Notes under the pieces: model-generated
What the model was told of the DNA's origin: nothing
Database searches by the model: none
Seen by the model: only the letters and a program-made list of their open reading frames with translations
Shown: in pieces, positions 46,715-62,855 of the stretch
How positions within the stretch are numbered: position 1 is the first letter of the stretch
Layout of the letters: every line of letters starts with the position of its first letter
Program-made: the position numbers and the translations under genes
NCBI GenBank assembly: GCA_051294375.1
Contig: CM119263.1
Coordinates: 3,103,573-3,167,572 of the forward strand
From: Paraspadella gotoi
Taxonomy: Eukaryota; Animalia; Chaetognatha
Reading direction: 5' to 3'
DNA: 64,000 bases

Positions 46715-49700
46715 ATAATAATGGCTCGTCATACAGAGACAATTTATATCCTTACTTTTGTATCTCTATAACAATATTAAAAAGAGCTAAAAATGTTTTA
46801 ATTCGAAAAGCTAACAAAAAGAATGTTGATTGCATTTACTGATTTGTAGAGAGATATTCATATTGGTTTGTTTTCAGGAGATTACATTGCAGTATGAAAA
46901 AAACTTAATGTGCCGACTGTCTATTCTGAAATGGACAGCACGATAAATTCACATCGACATTATTTAGGTCAATATAATTGGGACGAGTAGCAGACCACAG
47001 AAAACTAATTTTAACTTACATTTATACTGCAATATAAGCCAATTATGAAAAAAAAACTTTTTAAGAAAGCTAAAAGTAAAAAATATTTTCAAAAAATTAA
47101 ACATAATTAGAAAAACAAACTTTTTTACAAGATAAAATGAAATTAATGTCCCTGTATTACCTAGTTTAATGCTGATGCTGTTTAATGCTTTACTGTCATT
47201 TTCGCCCACCATTGTTTTACTTATCAACATTTAAAGGATCATAAAGATTAAATTATTTCATTACAAAATATCATAAGCGGTTGTAAAAAACAATTTACAA
47301 AGCCCTGACCTAAAATAGCGGATACTTTAATTTTTTTATAAAAAATTCATTTCCTTGATCATCGCGAGATAAAAAAGTTAGAAAATAAATGATTGGTTGT
47401 TTTCTGTAGCAATTAGTCATACAGCTGGAATTGTGACTTAAATTAGTTACTTTTTTTTTACAATTTCCCACATAATATCGGTGTTTAGAGCTTGGACCTC
47501 GAACAATTAAATCTTAGCTAGCTAAACTTAATAACTGAAGTAATTCAAATAAAAATTGATGCACATGAAGTAAACCAATTCATGACAACTTAAGATATAT
47601 TTCAACTTTGTACTGCTAAAATTATGTTACATTTTTCATCAATTCAACAACAGAAAATGGGAACAGTGTCTATGTTTGAGGCACAACCGTATACTTACAA
47701 GGGTAAATTAGAATGTCTTATTTTTAAGGTTATATACACCAACAGACAAAAGGAGAGGTATAATAGTTTCATATACAATTAAATAATTATTTTACGGAGT
47801 TATAATACATGCATAAGTTTTATCCCTCAAGATATTCACAATTTAAAAATTAAAAAAAAAGTGTTCTACGAGAAAATAAGTTTTTAAAAGAATATATACT
47901 TATAATACATATGTTGGACTAGTTAAGTGGATAGGCAATTGGATTGGTTTGAAATATTCTCCCAAAAAAATTAGAATTCTCATCTTTAAACTTTTTTAAA
48001 CTTTTTTTTTACTAATTATACAGATAATACCTTAAACGCGTAAATCGTACCAAAAGTTAAAAAGGTTTTAAATATAATAACATTGAAGGATGCTGCATCT
48101 ATTTTCGGATATTTATGGGTGATGGTCATGTTTGTATGAATTTTGTATCTGTTTAAAAAATATGGTAATTCCTGAGGAGGAATAGTGGAAAAGAAATTTA
48201 GAACACGGCAAATCAATCTTAACTGAAAATAACTGGGAAAAAATAATTAGATTACTGAGAAATAATATTAAACAATTTGTAAAAGAAAAAAGGTTAGGTT
48301 AATATTTCTATTTTATGGTTTTAGATTTCCGAGTTATTATTATTATTATCTTGTATTACTACTTTTACTACTTGTATCCTTTTCATTGGTTGAAAGTAAG
48401 ATTTTATAAAATTAAAAATTGTACAAAAGACGAATAAAAAACATTACTTTAGCGGAAGAAAGTCTTAAATCAGTCAGCGAAAATAATACCTTTATGCCAA
48501 AACATCACTTTTTCGCACGTTATTTATTTAATTTCTGGTTTAATTTTAGCCCATTTTAAAATACGTTTTCGCTTAGCGAATTAATATTTCAATGTTTTTA
48601 AAAGCCTTTCGCGATTTCACCTCTACGCATCTTTGCCTCTTTAATATTGGAGATGCTGCAAAAACAAAAATAATCAAATTGATTAAATCTTCAAAAAAAC
48701 CTGATTTACACCACCGGAATTTCACCGCAACGGATTCGACATTCTCATCTTACTTTTCTTAACGTTGTGTCCAAACGAAATGTTCAAACAAACGGACGGA
48801 CAAACAGACAGATCGTGAAAAAAAAAAACAGATCCCCCATAGGCAATATAGAGATACATGTTTTAATAAAAAATACGGTAAAATTTTACTTTCTAAACCA
48901 CCCTAACCCTAAACCCCTCCTAACCCCAGTCGGCGAAAGTAAAATCATGCTAAAAAATCTTTAAATCAATAACTGAATAAGATTAAAATAAAAAAGTAAG
49001 AAATTATAGTAATAATTAAGTAATAAGTCTTCGGCCTTAACTAAGTTAAATAAAGCCTATCCATCGAATGCTGATGACAATCGTTGAAAGTTCATTAAAT
49101 TGGTAAAACTGTTATTTTATGTCTCAAACCCATTTTGAACAATCGCGATGGAGCCTCCATTGGAGGCAGGCAAAAGCTTAATTGCCAAACATCTTTACCA
49201 AAAGCGAATCGCGAAAAAAAAATTATTGCAAAGATTTGCATGTCATCAGTGACTATTTATTTCCAACGAAAAAAAAATTACAACTAATCTGTTCCGCTGT
49301 ATTTCTTAATACTTTTGACCAAAATCTACATTCACATTAAATATTGTGTAAGTATTATGTAAGTTCATAAAACAATAATAAGAACATTACTTCATTGTCT
49401 CCATCTTCCAAATTTTAGAATCTTAAAAACACCAAATTTATGATTGCATGTATCAAAAAATGCGTAAATTAAAATCAATAAAGAGGTCTGCTAAAAAAAT
49501 GTGGGTTTATCTTTTTGTATGCTTGATGTCGCAAGAAAAAATGGAATAAAAGAAACCGTGGTCAATTACGGTCAACAAGTTATATTTTAAAACAAAGGTG
49601 ATCGGAAAGCTATTCAATTAGCTTTTAAAACTAAGCGATAACACCACTCGGCAGATAGGGTAAGTAAGGGTTAGGAAATGGATGATTACTGACCGGTTTC

Positions 49701-50091
49701 TTCATCAACGCTGGCAAAACGGGTCCAATTAAAGCTTGATACTAAGTTGAGATAGGCACTAAAATCATTTTATGTTGTTGCAATAATTTTAAAGAAAGAT
49801 TAATATTTTAAATTTTTTTGAATTTAAGCAAAAAGAGAAAGTTGTTAAGATTAAAAATACATATCCATATCGAAATGTCTCGGGTTTTATTAGGTGCTTT
49901 ACAACGACTAGTTATTTTGATCCGTTGTGCAACATTTAAAAACACAAAATCAGACGAGCAGATGAGGTGAACACCTAAAACACTAAGTACTCACAAAAAA
50001 AATTCTTTTATTTTTAATTTTTCATGAAGTTCAATATTAAGTTTTCCTAATGTTTTTGGAAGGGGGACAGTCGAATTGTGAGGAAGGGTTT

Positions 50092-54412
<4,321 letters not shown>

Positions 54413-54880
54413 GTTTCATACATATTCGAATTCACGGAGAAGTTGTCAGAATATTGCTCTCACTAATGAGTTTCGCGTGTAATGTCACTTTTATTGTACA
54501 CATTTTTGTAGGATGTTTGTATCATAGTAACGCGCCAGTTTCATAAAGTGAGTGTCGCGCACGCGCTCATTTCAATGCCCTTACTAGGATTTCTTAAATT
54601 AGCTACAAAAATAATTTCACATATAAAAATACAGAAATAATAAACAAGAAGCATGGCGGGTAAATGACCAGTGCATTAACATCATTATTAATTATCATTC
54701 AAAAAAGTATCATTCTTAAAACTTAAATAGGCAAAAAGAACCACAAAAAAAAAATAAATAAATGGGGCAAATTCAATAAATTATAAAAAATTTGTGTTAA
54801 GTTTTGATAATTTATTTTAACGATGACTCCGTAAATCAGTTTTGAATAATTTGCTCTTGTGGCGGTGGCATATAAATAAA

Positions 54881-55126
54881 CCTCACATCCATCATCGTGC
54901 AGCCAATCCCATTGGCTCAGAGTGGGACTGCACCATTCTAGGCGTTGCGTTGCATCCACACTCCTAACGACTTCCCTCTGTGTTGGCAAAGCAAGACCGT
55001 CCTAGTGTAACCGCGCCAGTGACAGGAGGCGTCACTGAGGGTCAGAAGCCCCAAAGCCAACAGCAAGATGCCCCATTCCAATGGGCATCACAGGCAACCC
55101 TGCTGTTGCCATACTCTCATGTTTTT
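54881..55126. ncRNA. Candidate structured non-coding RNA (unassigned)
   Basis: GC-rich island in AT-rich intergenic DNA with at least five stems; no family signature recognised. Confidence 0.4.
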
Positions 55127-55747
55127 GATAGCGTCAAAGATAACACAAGACAAAAACGTGGGGAGAAAAATTTTTTTAAAAAATTGAAAAAACGATAATT
55201 TTTTTTTCTAAAAAGATAAAATTAAAAATAAAGTAAATTGACAGAGCTGTTAAAAAAATTTTGAGCAAAGGTACCAAGGGATAGTGGGTTAGTTTCAAAA
55301 TAATTTATGTATTCATACCACATAAATAACTCATTGGAAAAGATTTATGATAACGAGAGAAAGTAATCACAGATTTAGGAAACATTATTAATGAGAGATC
55401 AGAAAAAATATTGGGTAAATAAAGCGAATTAGAAATGAATGGCCGAATAATTCTATAAAAGCCAAAAAATTGCCATATAACATATTTTATTTACGCTAAC
55501 TAGGAATCCATTAATATTTTTAAAAACCCTTAAATGCACATAACTATTCAAAAGTTCAATGCCCAGAAAATTTTTTTAAGAAGCGTAGAGCAACGTATTG
55601 ATTAATCACTTGGATGAGAAAAAAAAGTGATGAAAAAACTGAAACTGAAAAAAAAAGTGATTGGCGATTGGGCCAATGCCGGCTAATTTCTGCCATCGCC
55701 AATGGGGCTCGGAGGGAGAGAGTTTCATAAAGTGGACTAGTTTAATG

Positions 55748-56962
55748 TTACGTACATCCAGGACAAGAAATCCTAGGAGTGTTGTTCTCATCGAGTCCGT
55801 ACTTTCTCTGAATGTGACTGTCGTCGAGGGTGTTTTCGCACGAGGCGCACATTCTCCTGTCTTGAAACAAGACGCTCCCTCGCGGAGAGGTTTCCGCGAA
55901 GTTAATCAGTTCCTGTTTAAGAGTTAAGATAAAATTTAGTAAATTAAAATTTAGTAAAACGCAATAAGTAATATATAAAGAGCCGAAATCCATGAAAGGT
56001 ATAGGTTATCAAATGATGATTTTCTCATTGAATAAACATAATAGATAAATTTCCAAAAACTGAATAATTAAAACGTAAGAAAAATTTAATTTATATTAAC
56101 GTATTATAAAATTATATTTACGATATAAAGAGTGCCCCCATTAACCTTTTCCCAGTATGTATCCCGATTAGAACATACAATTCTACTTTGTAGTCTTATC
56201 TCTAATGGTAAAAAAAATCATATATAGCCTTGGTCCCCCACAAAAAATTATCCATTTCCACCCCTTTCTGTTGATGGATTCTCATTAATGACTTTCTAAC
56301 AAGAATGGTGTACGATATCAATTAGAAAACAAGGACATATTGTACTCCAAACTTGTGTCATGTGGATGCTCCCTCTATTTCCAAAGGACAACACTGACCT
56401 CCCCATCCCAAAAATGATATCATATATTATTAGATATCATCAACGACAATGACAAAGATAAGTAAAAAAATTTAAAAACAATATTTATATATAATTAAAA
56501 ACTATAGATTTAATAGTAAAAACTTGAACATTAATATTATACAATAGAAAAATAGAAAATAGTGAAAGAAGTTATATTTCAAATTTTTATATCGCAGTAA
56601 GGGCCAAACCCTGGCGACGGAGTCAAAAGCCTCTTGGACGCCGACGTCGGCCAAGGCCGAGGTTTCGATGAGCAAAGCGCCGATTTGATTCGCGTAGTTT
56701 CCGGCCGTTCGCGCCGAGACCTCGCGCAGGGGTTGGAGATCGGTTTTGTTGCCTGTCACATTTAATGTAGAAGAGGCACAAAGAATTCTGAATATTTTTG
56801 CTTTAAAAAGATACTTTAACATCCAACACAATTAATTTGTTCGGTTTTAATAATTTTAAATAAGAACATTGTGATTAAACTTTCTTTCGTTGTGTTTTAA
56901 ACCTGTCCTCACATTTCACCACTGTCCTGTCTCATATCTTTGTTGGCCATTTCTTCTCTCTC

Positions 56963-57007
<45 letters not shown>

Positions 57008-57919
57008 AAGTTAATTTGGAAAACATGAAAACTGTGAATTGTCAAAGCACTGATGAAGGCTTGAATGAAAGCCGAAACTTGTCTGTACATTAAAATAAAA
57101 TCGTTGCTGTAACAAGACTTTGTCTTCATTTTCAATTAAATAAGAACAAGATTAGATTAGGTCATTTCGTAAAGACGAATTATTAAATGAAACCTACAAA
57201 TAAAACACCACACGGGTTACCTAAAATACAGATGACAAAAAGATTTTCTGAATTTCTTTGGAGTTCATCTATCCAAGACTTCATATCTTCAAAGGTGGAA
57301 TGTTTGGTGACATCAAAAACCAGAATAGCTGCGTTAGCTTTTCGATAATACATTGGAGCCATAGCTCGAAACCGCTCCTGCCCGGCTGTGTCCCATACCT
57401 ACCATATTTCCATGTAAAAAGAAAAGCGGATAAATACGTAATTTCGCATTGTTTTTGTACTTCTCTAATGGTCACCTGAAGTTTAACTTTATAATTGTTA
57501 ATGCATAATTTAGTGGTAAAAAACGAAGCCCCTATAGTAGGAGAGATGGCATTGGAAAAGGAATGACCCATGTATCGGATAAGGACCGAGGTTTTTCCTA
57601 AACAAAAATAATAATTTTTTTGTTTTAAAATTTACAGCTAAACATTTTTGTTATAATAATAACTAACCAACTCCTTGCGAACCGAGCATGACCACCTTCG
57701 CTTCTAGGTGTTTTTCCGGATGATTTTCGACGTCGCACGATTCGTCTGAGAAGAAAAATTTGCATCTAGTCGATTTAATTTGCGGTTCTTGCCGCAATTT
57801 CAGACCTTACCATCGACAATCCTCAAGGAAGAGTCAATTCCATCACTTTCCGTCGATGAGAGGAACGACGGGAAGACAGAGGCGCTCGGAGTCACGGGCG
57901 CTGATTTGACCGCCATCAT
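55748..57919 (-). CDS. Rab5-group small GTPase, RabX1/Rab31-like
   Basis: Exons 57811-57919 (ATG), 57668-57745 (EAKVVMLGSQGVG), 57476-57597 (KTSVLIRY...SPTIGASFFT), 57221-57398 (WDTAGQERFRAMAPMYYRKANAAILVFD), 56610-56752 (GNKTDL, ETSA), 55748-55912 (...ISCPGCT*). All G-boxes present and phases consistent. Confidence 0.92.
56869..57135 (+). mobile_element. Non-autonomous Penelope-like/retrozyme-like retroelement, copy 2, in a Rab intron
   Basis: Flanked by TTAAATAAGAACA at 56856-56868 and 57136-57148. 56869-56899 is the reverse complement of copy 1's distal tail (35623-35653). Body near-identical to 35392-35607. Confidence 0.85.
57035..57094 (+). ncRNA. Minimal type I hammerhead ribozyme motif (identical core to copy 1)
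   Basis: CTGATGA 57050-57056, stem II GGCTT/AAGCC, GAAA 57074-57077, GTC 57081-57083. Confidence 0.65.
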
Positions 57920-58366
57920 TTAAACGGTCGAAATCAACTTTTTAAGGAATCGATCACAGCTGGAGTTTTTGATACAATTGTTCATTTTGGCAATTAAAAC
58001 TGCCCTAAAAATAAAATATAAATAGGTTTAGGTTCTGGATTAGGACCAATTCTCCGAAAAATTTAACTTAGTTGAAAGACTGAAGTATGTGGAAGAAGCA
58101 GGAATACAAAGTGGCATTAGCAGCCAAGGACATTGTCAAATGTCCATTGGACATATAGAGACGTAATATCACCACTCGTTGTATACTACTTTGATCATCC
58201 TTCCATTGCCAGATATTCGACGTAACACATCTAACTGACGGATTTTCGATTCCTTTGAAAACGTTTTATCCAGACAACTTCTTTTCAGCGTCTTCAAATT
58301 ATTCTAATAAACAGTTCTCGCAACACAATGCGGCAAGCTTGAAAAGGTTCAAATCTGAAACCGAAT

Positions 58367-60100
58367 TTAGGATTTCACAAACAAGAATTTTTGAGGAATT
58401 GCAAACGATTTAAGGAATATGTCTTCGCTTTTGCCCAGGCGACCAAGATACTCCTTTACAAGGGGTAAGGTTCGATTAGGGCTTTTATTGAAACATTCTC
58501 TCATACAGAATAAAAACTGTAGCATGAACTTCGTACTAAATTCTTTTCGGTTTGTTTCGGACAAATAATTATCATAAATATCTTCAAGGATATACGAAGC
58601 GTCGACGTCAATTTCCGACCAAGGACATTTGTTGAGGTAAACTAAGAGCGAGTATAACCCGGTCTCAACCACGGATCGACTACTACTTTTGAACAATAAA
58701 ATACACTGCGGAGTTAATTCCATAAACCTTTTTCCATAGTTTTTTAAAAAGGCCTCATTTACAAAGCCATCATACGGGACTAAAGCACCCTCGATTAATG
58801 CCCTCAAAGCGACAGCAACTATTGACGGCGAAGGCTGAGTTAATAATTGCATGTAACCGTTAAGGCATGCTTCCAAAATATCATGAAATTTATGATCCGA
58901 TTCGTTCATGATCATTTGGTAAGCAAAATTGCAAATCTTACCCACAACATTAAGACACTTTTCGACCACCAAAGCCTTGGCTGTCAAACTCAACATAAGA
59001 ACGTGCGTCAAAATCTCAAGACAGATTGCCGTATCTTTTTCAGTTTGAAAATTAGCGGCTATATTTGTTAAGCAGTCCAACTTTTTAAGAATCAAATATA
59101 GAGGGTCTTTGGGATGAACCAAACACCAGTCTATCCCATTGACGGTGAACAGGTCAAAAACATATCTCCGATGTACTTGTCCACACAATGTATCCATAAC
59201 TTGGTGCAAAACTTCCGGGTTTGTTCTCGGCATATCGACCGCGTACTTGATCAAGCTTTGAAGAACCTTGTTCTGCATTTCATTGACGACCTTTCTGTAG
59301 CTCTCAACTGTCTCCAGGCTATTTAAAATTCCCATCGTGTGTAGCAAGACAGAGGGAATGTTACTGGCCAACAAAGATTCCGCACCATCAAGTAATCCAA
59401 TCAATTCATCGGGAGTCCAGTCCAAAGAAGTCGCGACGGATAAAATCGACGCTTTTTCGGAACTCGAAGCCGCGTCTATTTTTTCCAAATTCCGTTTTAC
59501 CATCTCTTTGTCAACGAATTTGCGTGTTCCGTTCAAAGAAGCGCGGTCGAAAGAACGAAGGACGACTAAAGCGTTCGTCCTCACATAGGGATCCGAATCT
59601 TCGACGGCCAGTTTGGTCAAGACTTCTGCGTCGCCTTCTCCGTCAGCGAGCATTACGGCGAAGCGCTTCACGTACTCGCAATCCTCCAATCCTCTCTTGC
59701 CAGCCTTGACTTTCAATTCTCGATAGTTGGCAAGGCGCAACTGACGAACGACACGGAGTGACATTCCCCGAGTGGCGAAGTCGGGATGTCGGACAGAGTT
59801 GTCGAGCAGGGAATTCTCGGCGAGGAGGTGGACGCTTTCGTCGAGGCGCGCGCGATTGGCGACGGCGAGGAGGACCCATCCCGCAATCTTGCGGACGAGA
59901 CTATCCCGAGCGGCGAGGCCTTTGGCGGCTTCGACGAAGACGCGAGCCAATTCCGCCGAGTCTCCTTGAGAGATTCTCATCCCGTGAAGGTAGTCGAGAT
60001 TCAACTCGGACAAAACGCGGGCGAAGAGTTGAGAGTGTTGAGCGGGATCGCGAACAATCGCTTCCGAACGAAACTCGATTAGGACATCGTGAAAATTCAT
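58367..60100 (-). CDS. Divergent beta-adaptin trunk (HEAT/Adaptin_N), AP-4 beta-like; single coding exon, ~577 aa
   Basis: Long uninterrupted ORF with beta-adaptin-like segments in order: LVRKIAGWVL, LLAENSLLDNSVRHPDFATRGMSLR, CEYVKRFAV, DSDPYVRTNALVVL, KDPLYLILKKLDCL, ASYILEDIYDNYLSE. First true ATG at 60100 lies 7 nt after a TTTATTTTTAG acceptor. The AP-4 assignment is from remembered similarity only. Confidence 0.7.
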   Translation of the reverse strand: MNFHDVLIEFRSEAIVRDPAQHSQLFARVLSELNLDYLHGMRISQGDSAELARVFVEAAKGLAARDSLVRKIAGWVLLAVANRARLDESVHLLAENSLLDNSVRHPDFATRGMSLRVVRQLRLANYRELKVKAGKRGLEDCEYVKRFAVMLADGEGDAEVLTKLAVEDSDPYVRTNALVVLRSFDRASLNGTRKFVDKEMVKRNLEKIDAASSSEKASILSVATSLDWTPDELIGLLDGAESLLASNIPSVLLHTMGILNSLETVESYRKVVNEMQNKVLQSLIKYAVDMPRTNPEVLHQVMDTLCGQVHRRYVFDLFTVNGIDWCLVHPKDPLYLILKKLDCLTNIAANFQTEKDTAICLEILTHVLMLSLTAKALVVEKCLNVVGKICNFAYQMIMNESDHKFHDILEACLNGYMQLLTQPSPSIVAVALRALIEGALVPYDGFVNEAFLKNYGKRFMELTPQCILLFKSSSRSVVETGLYSLLVYLNKCPWSEIDVDASYILEDIYDNYLSETNRKEFSTKFMLQFLFCMRECFNKSPNRTLPLVKEYLGRLGKSEDIFLKSFAIPQKFLFVKS

Positions 60101-60301
60101 TTCGAATCTAAAAATAAACCGAAAACCAACAACATAGCAAAAAAAACCAATAACACAAAAAAAAATGATTTGATGCTTTCGCTTCAAACAAGTTCAACGA
60201 AGGAATGATAAAAGTTTTTGCTTTGGGCTAAGAGCGATGAGGTGCATGTAGCTCATCGCTACGACAGAAAACGTTTGTTTCCTCTGGAAAAATAAATTCT
60301 T

Positions 60302-62855
60302 TCACATAAATAATGTGCGGTGTAATTTGAGGGAAATTTCCCGAGCGTTGATGTCGTAGTGAGGCGGGAGTTTGGCCCCAATGCGTGACAAATAACGATT
60401 TCGAATGTGGAATTCGTTGGAGCGAAGAATCGTCGATCTTGGAATCGGCGTTGAATTTTCTGAAAACGTTAAAAATTTTAGCATAATTACACAAACATTT
60501 AATATAGTTTATTACATAATGATAATCGTAAAGGGGTTTACCGATTCGCGATTGAGTCAAGGAATTGGCTTTTTCTTCCTCAATCAATCTTCGTTCTTTT
60601 GTGCTATAATTCAATCCGCTGTCTCGAACGATGTCGAGCAAGTACAAAATCGTACAAGATATTAAAGCCAAGCAAAGGCACACAATAAAGAATATTTCAA
60701 GAATAAGATAGCCTAAAAATAAAAACGAAATTGACGCTATCGTGCCAGAAACATTTTTGAAATTCACGGCTCAGCATTACCTTTACTGTCGACTATTATT
60801 CCCACAGCCAACGATATGACACCGAGACCGAGATTTTGGATGCTCTGCATCAACCCATAAGCCGTCCCCAATTGATGTTCTGGAACGATTATGCTGACCA
60901 TTGGCCACAAAGAAGAAGCCAAGACAGAATACGCAACACCCATTAAGGCCATCGGAACATATGGATAGATAAATCTGCAGGAAACATTAGAAAATTATCA
61001 GATTAGATGTTTCTTTCCACAATATTAAGCAATTTGTGAATTTTCAATTTTTCATATTTTAAATACTAACGTGAAGGCAAGCAATCCATGACAGAATAAG
61101 GTGGTAACAGTACCAAGCATCACCCAAAATAAGTTCTTTCCAGTTTTATCGATGCAGAAACCAAAAAGTGGAGATGCAGCAGCCGAAATTATGTAAACCA
61201 GTCCATTTACGGCGTTTGCTGATGCTATTAAAACAAATTAATTTTATTTTTAAAATAAAATAAAAATTAGAAAATATAAAAAAAACCAAAAAAATATAAC
61301 AATAACGAAATATACAAATCTTTTTGTTAGACTTACTAGGGGTAAGGTCAAACTTTTGTTCAAAAAATACTAATCCAATACCAATAAAGGGAAACACGGC
61401 GGCATAATAAAAGACGCAAATGGCACAAATTAACCATAGACTAAATGTAAAAATAGAATTCGAATCATTATTACTAAATGGGTGGTTGTCAAATAACTTA
61501 TTATACCTGGCTGGAAAATCTTTCACGTCCCAGAGTGAAATTTTCTCTCCAGTTATAAGCGAATCAGTTTTCAATGCTTTTTGTTTTCTCTTATCGAGGT
61601 ATCCCACATAGAAAGCGCAGAGTAAGGAAACGATGCATGAAGTGCCGGCCAGAAACAATACCGTCCCCATTAACTGTTTAGAAATGAATTTAGTTAGATA
61701 CGTAATCCAATAAGATACTAATAGCACCAGAATTTAAAATACACTAAGCGACATGATAAGTAAAGGTCGGCTTACTTGTGAGGGTGGCCCATTGAAATTT
61801 TTTTTGACTGATTCATATATCGGCCCCATGACATTCATGTTCACTGTCGAACCTAAAAGTGAGACATAAGTGTCGATGACGAAATCACTCAATCACGCAA
61901 TTGAGATATATCTAAAATGATAAAAACTCAAATAGTCGTAAAAACAATCAATAATCATTGAAATCTTTTATGATCTTATTTTCCAAAAATTTAAAAATTG
62001 TCCACCCCTCATTTTGACTCTTTTTTACCTATTCGTGACATACTCAGTTGCAATCCAAATACCATATTGAGTTCTTTTCCTTTAAACCATCCAACCGCGT
62101 AGGTGTTTTGCGCGACGCAAAGCGATTCTCCTCCCATTCCAAACACGAAACGACCAACGTCCATCAAAGTGAAATTGTTTATATAAGCACCGGTCGCGAA
62201 TATTAGCTAAATAAAATTGAGGGTTTGAAGAATTAGGTAAGTTAACCGTTGAACAAACAAATAGCAAATCTTTTGATCTTTAACTTAGTGCTCTTTAACT
62301 TACCTGGCCAAAGAAAACTAACGATGCAAATACAATGGCGCCTAATCTAATTCCAAATACCCGGTCGATCAAAAATCCACCAAAAAGTGATAAAATGACA
62401 TTTGGCCATGAGTACCACGAATAGAAAGACATGTACTGTGTTCCAGTCAAAACTAAATCTTGTCGCATATGATCCTAAATTAAACTATGATAATAACATT
62501 TCACAAAGAACGTCTTTACTCTGTAGAAGTTACTTGTAGGGCAGCTGGATTATCATAGCAGAAGTACGACCCAAAGGAAAGAAAGCACATGAAGGTCAAG
62601 GCATAGTAGCGATGCCATGAGGTCCTCGGATCGCAGATGGCGCAGCTAGAATGTAAGCACAGTAGTAATAAATTAGTTGGAGTTTGGGTAAGTGGTATTC
62701 AACATGGTAGATGATGTTCCGACTTTAAAAATATGTCCGAATCTAAAAAAATATAATTTTCTTAGTACTCACCTGTACGAATTGGAGCGGTCATCGGTCG
62801 ACTCGCCATCCGCTTCATTTGATACAATGGACTTGTCTTCATCCACGCCCGCCAT
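60302..62855 (-). CDS. MFSD1: Major facilitator superfamily domain-containing protein 1 (lysosomal transporter)
   Basis: Exons 62773-62855 (ATG), 62534-62645 (MCFLSFGSYFCYDNPAALQ), 62304-62474 (YSWPNVILSLFGGFLIDRVFGIR), 62029-62206 (GRFVFGMGGESLCVAQNTYAVGWFKGKELNMVFGLQLS), 61776-61852, 61507-61673, 61337-61440, 61071-61224, 60781-60974 (SLWPMVSIIVPEHQLGTAYGLMQSIQNLGL), 60542-60712, 60302-60459. A 5'UTR intron lies at about 62876-62960. Confidence 0.93.

Noticed and set aside
54881-54890. GGATGTGAGG on the minus strand, identical to the 7SK 5' end
   Set aside because: It falls at the 3' end of the structured island on that strand, and the GATC motifs of the 7SK 5' hairpin are absent.
60101-60187. 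N-terminal extension of the 606-aa ORF (MKRKHQIIFFCVIGFF...)
   Set aside because: Non-ATG start running through the U-rich tract and acceptor; adaptin similarity begins at the ATG at 60100.
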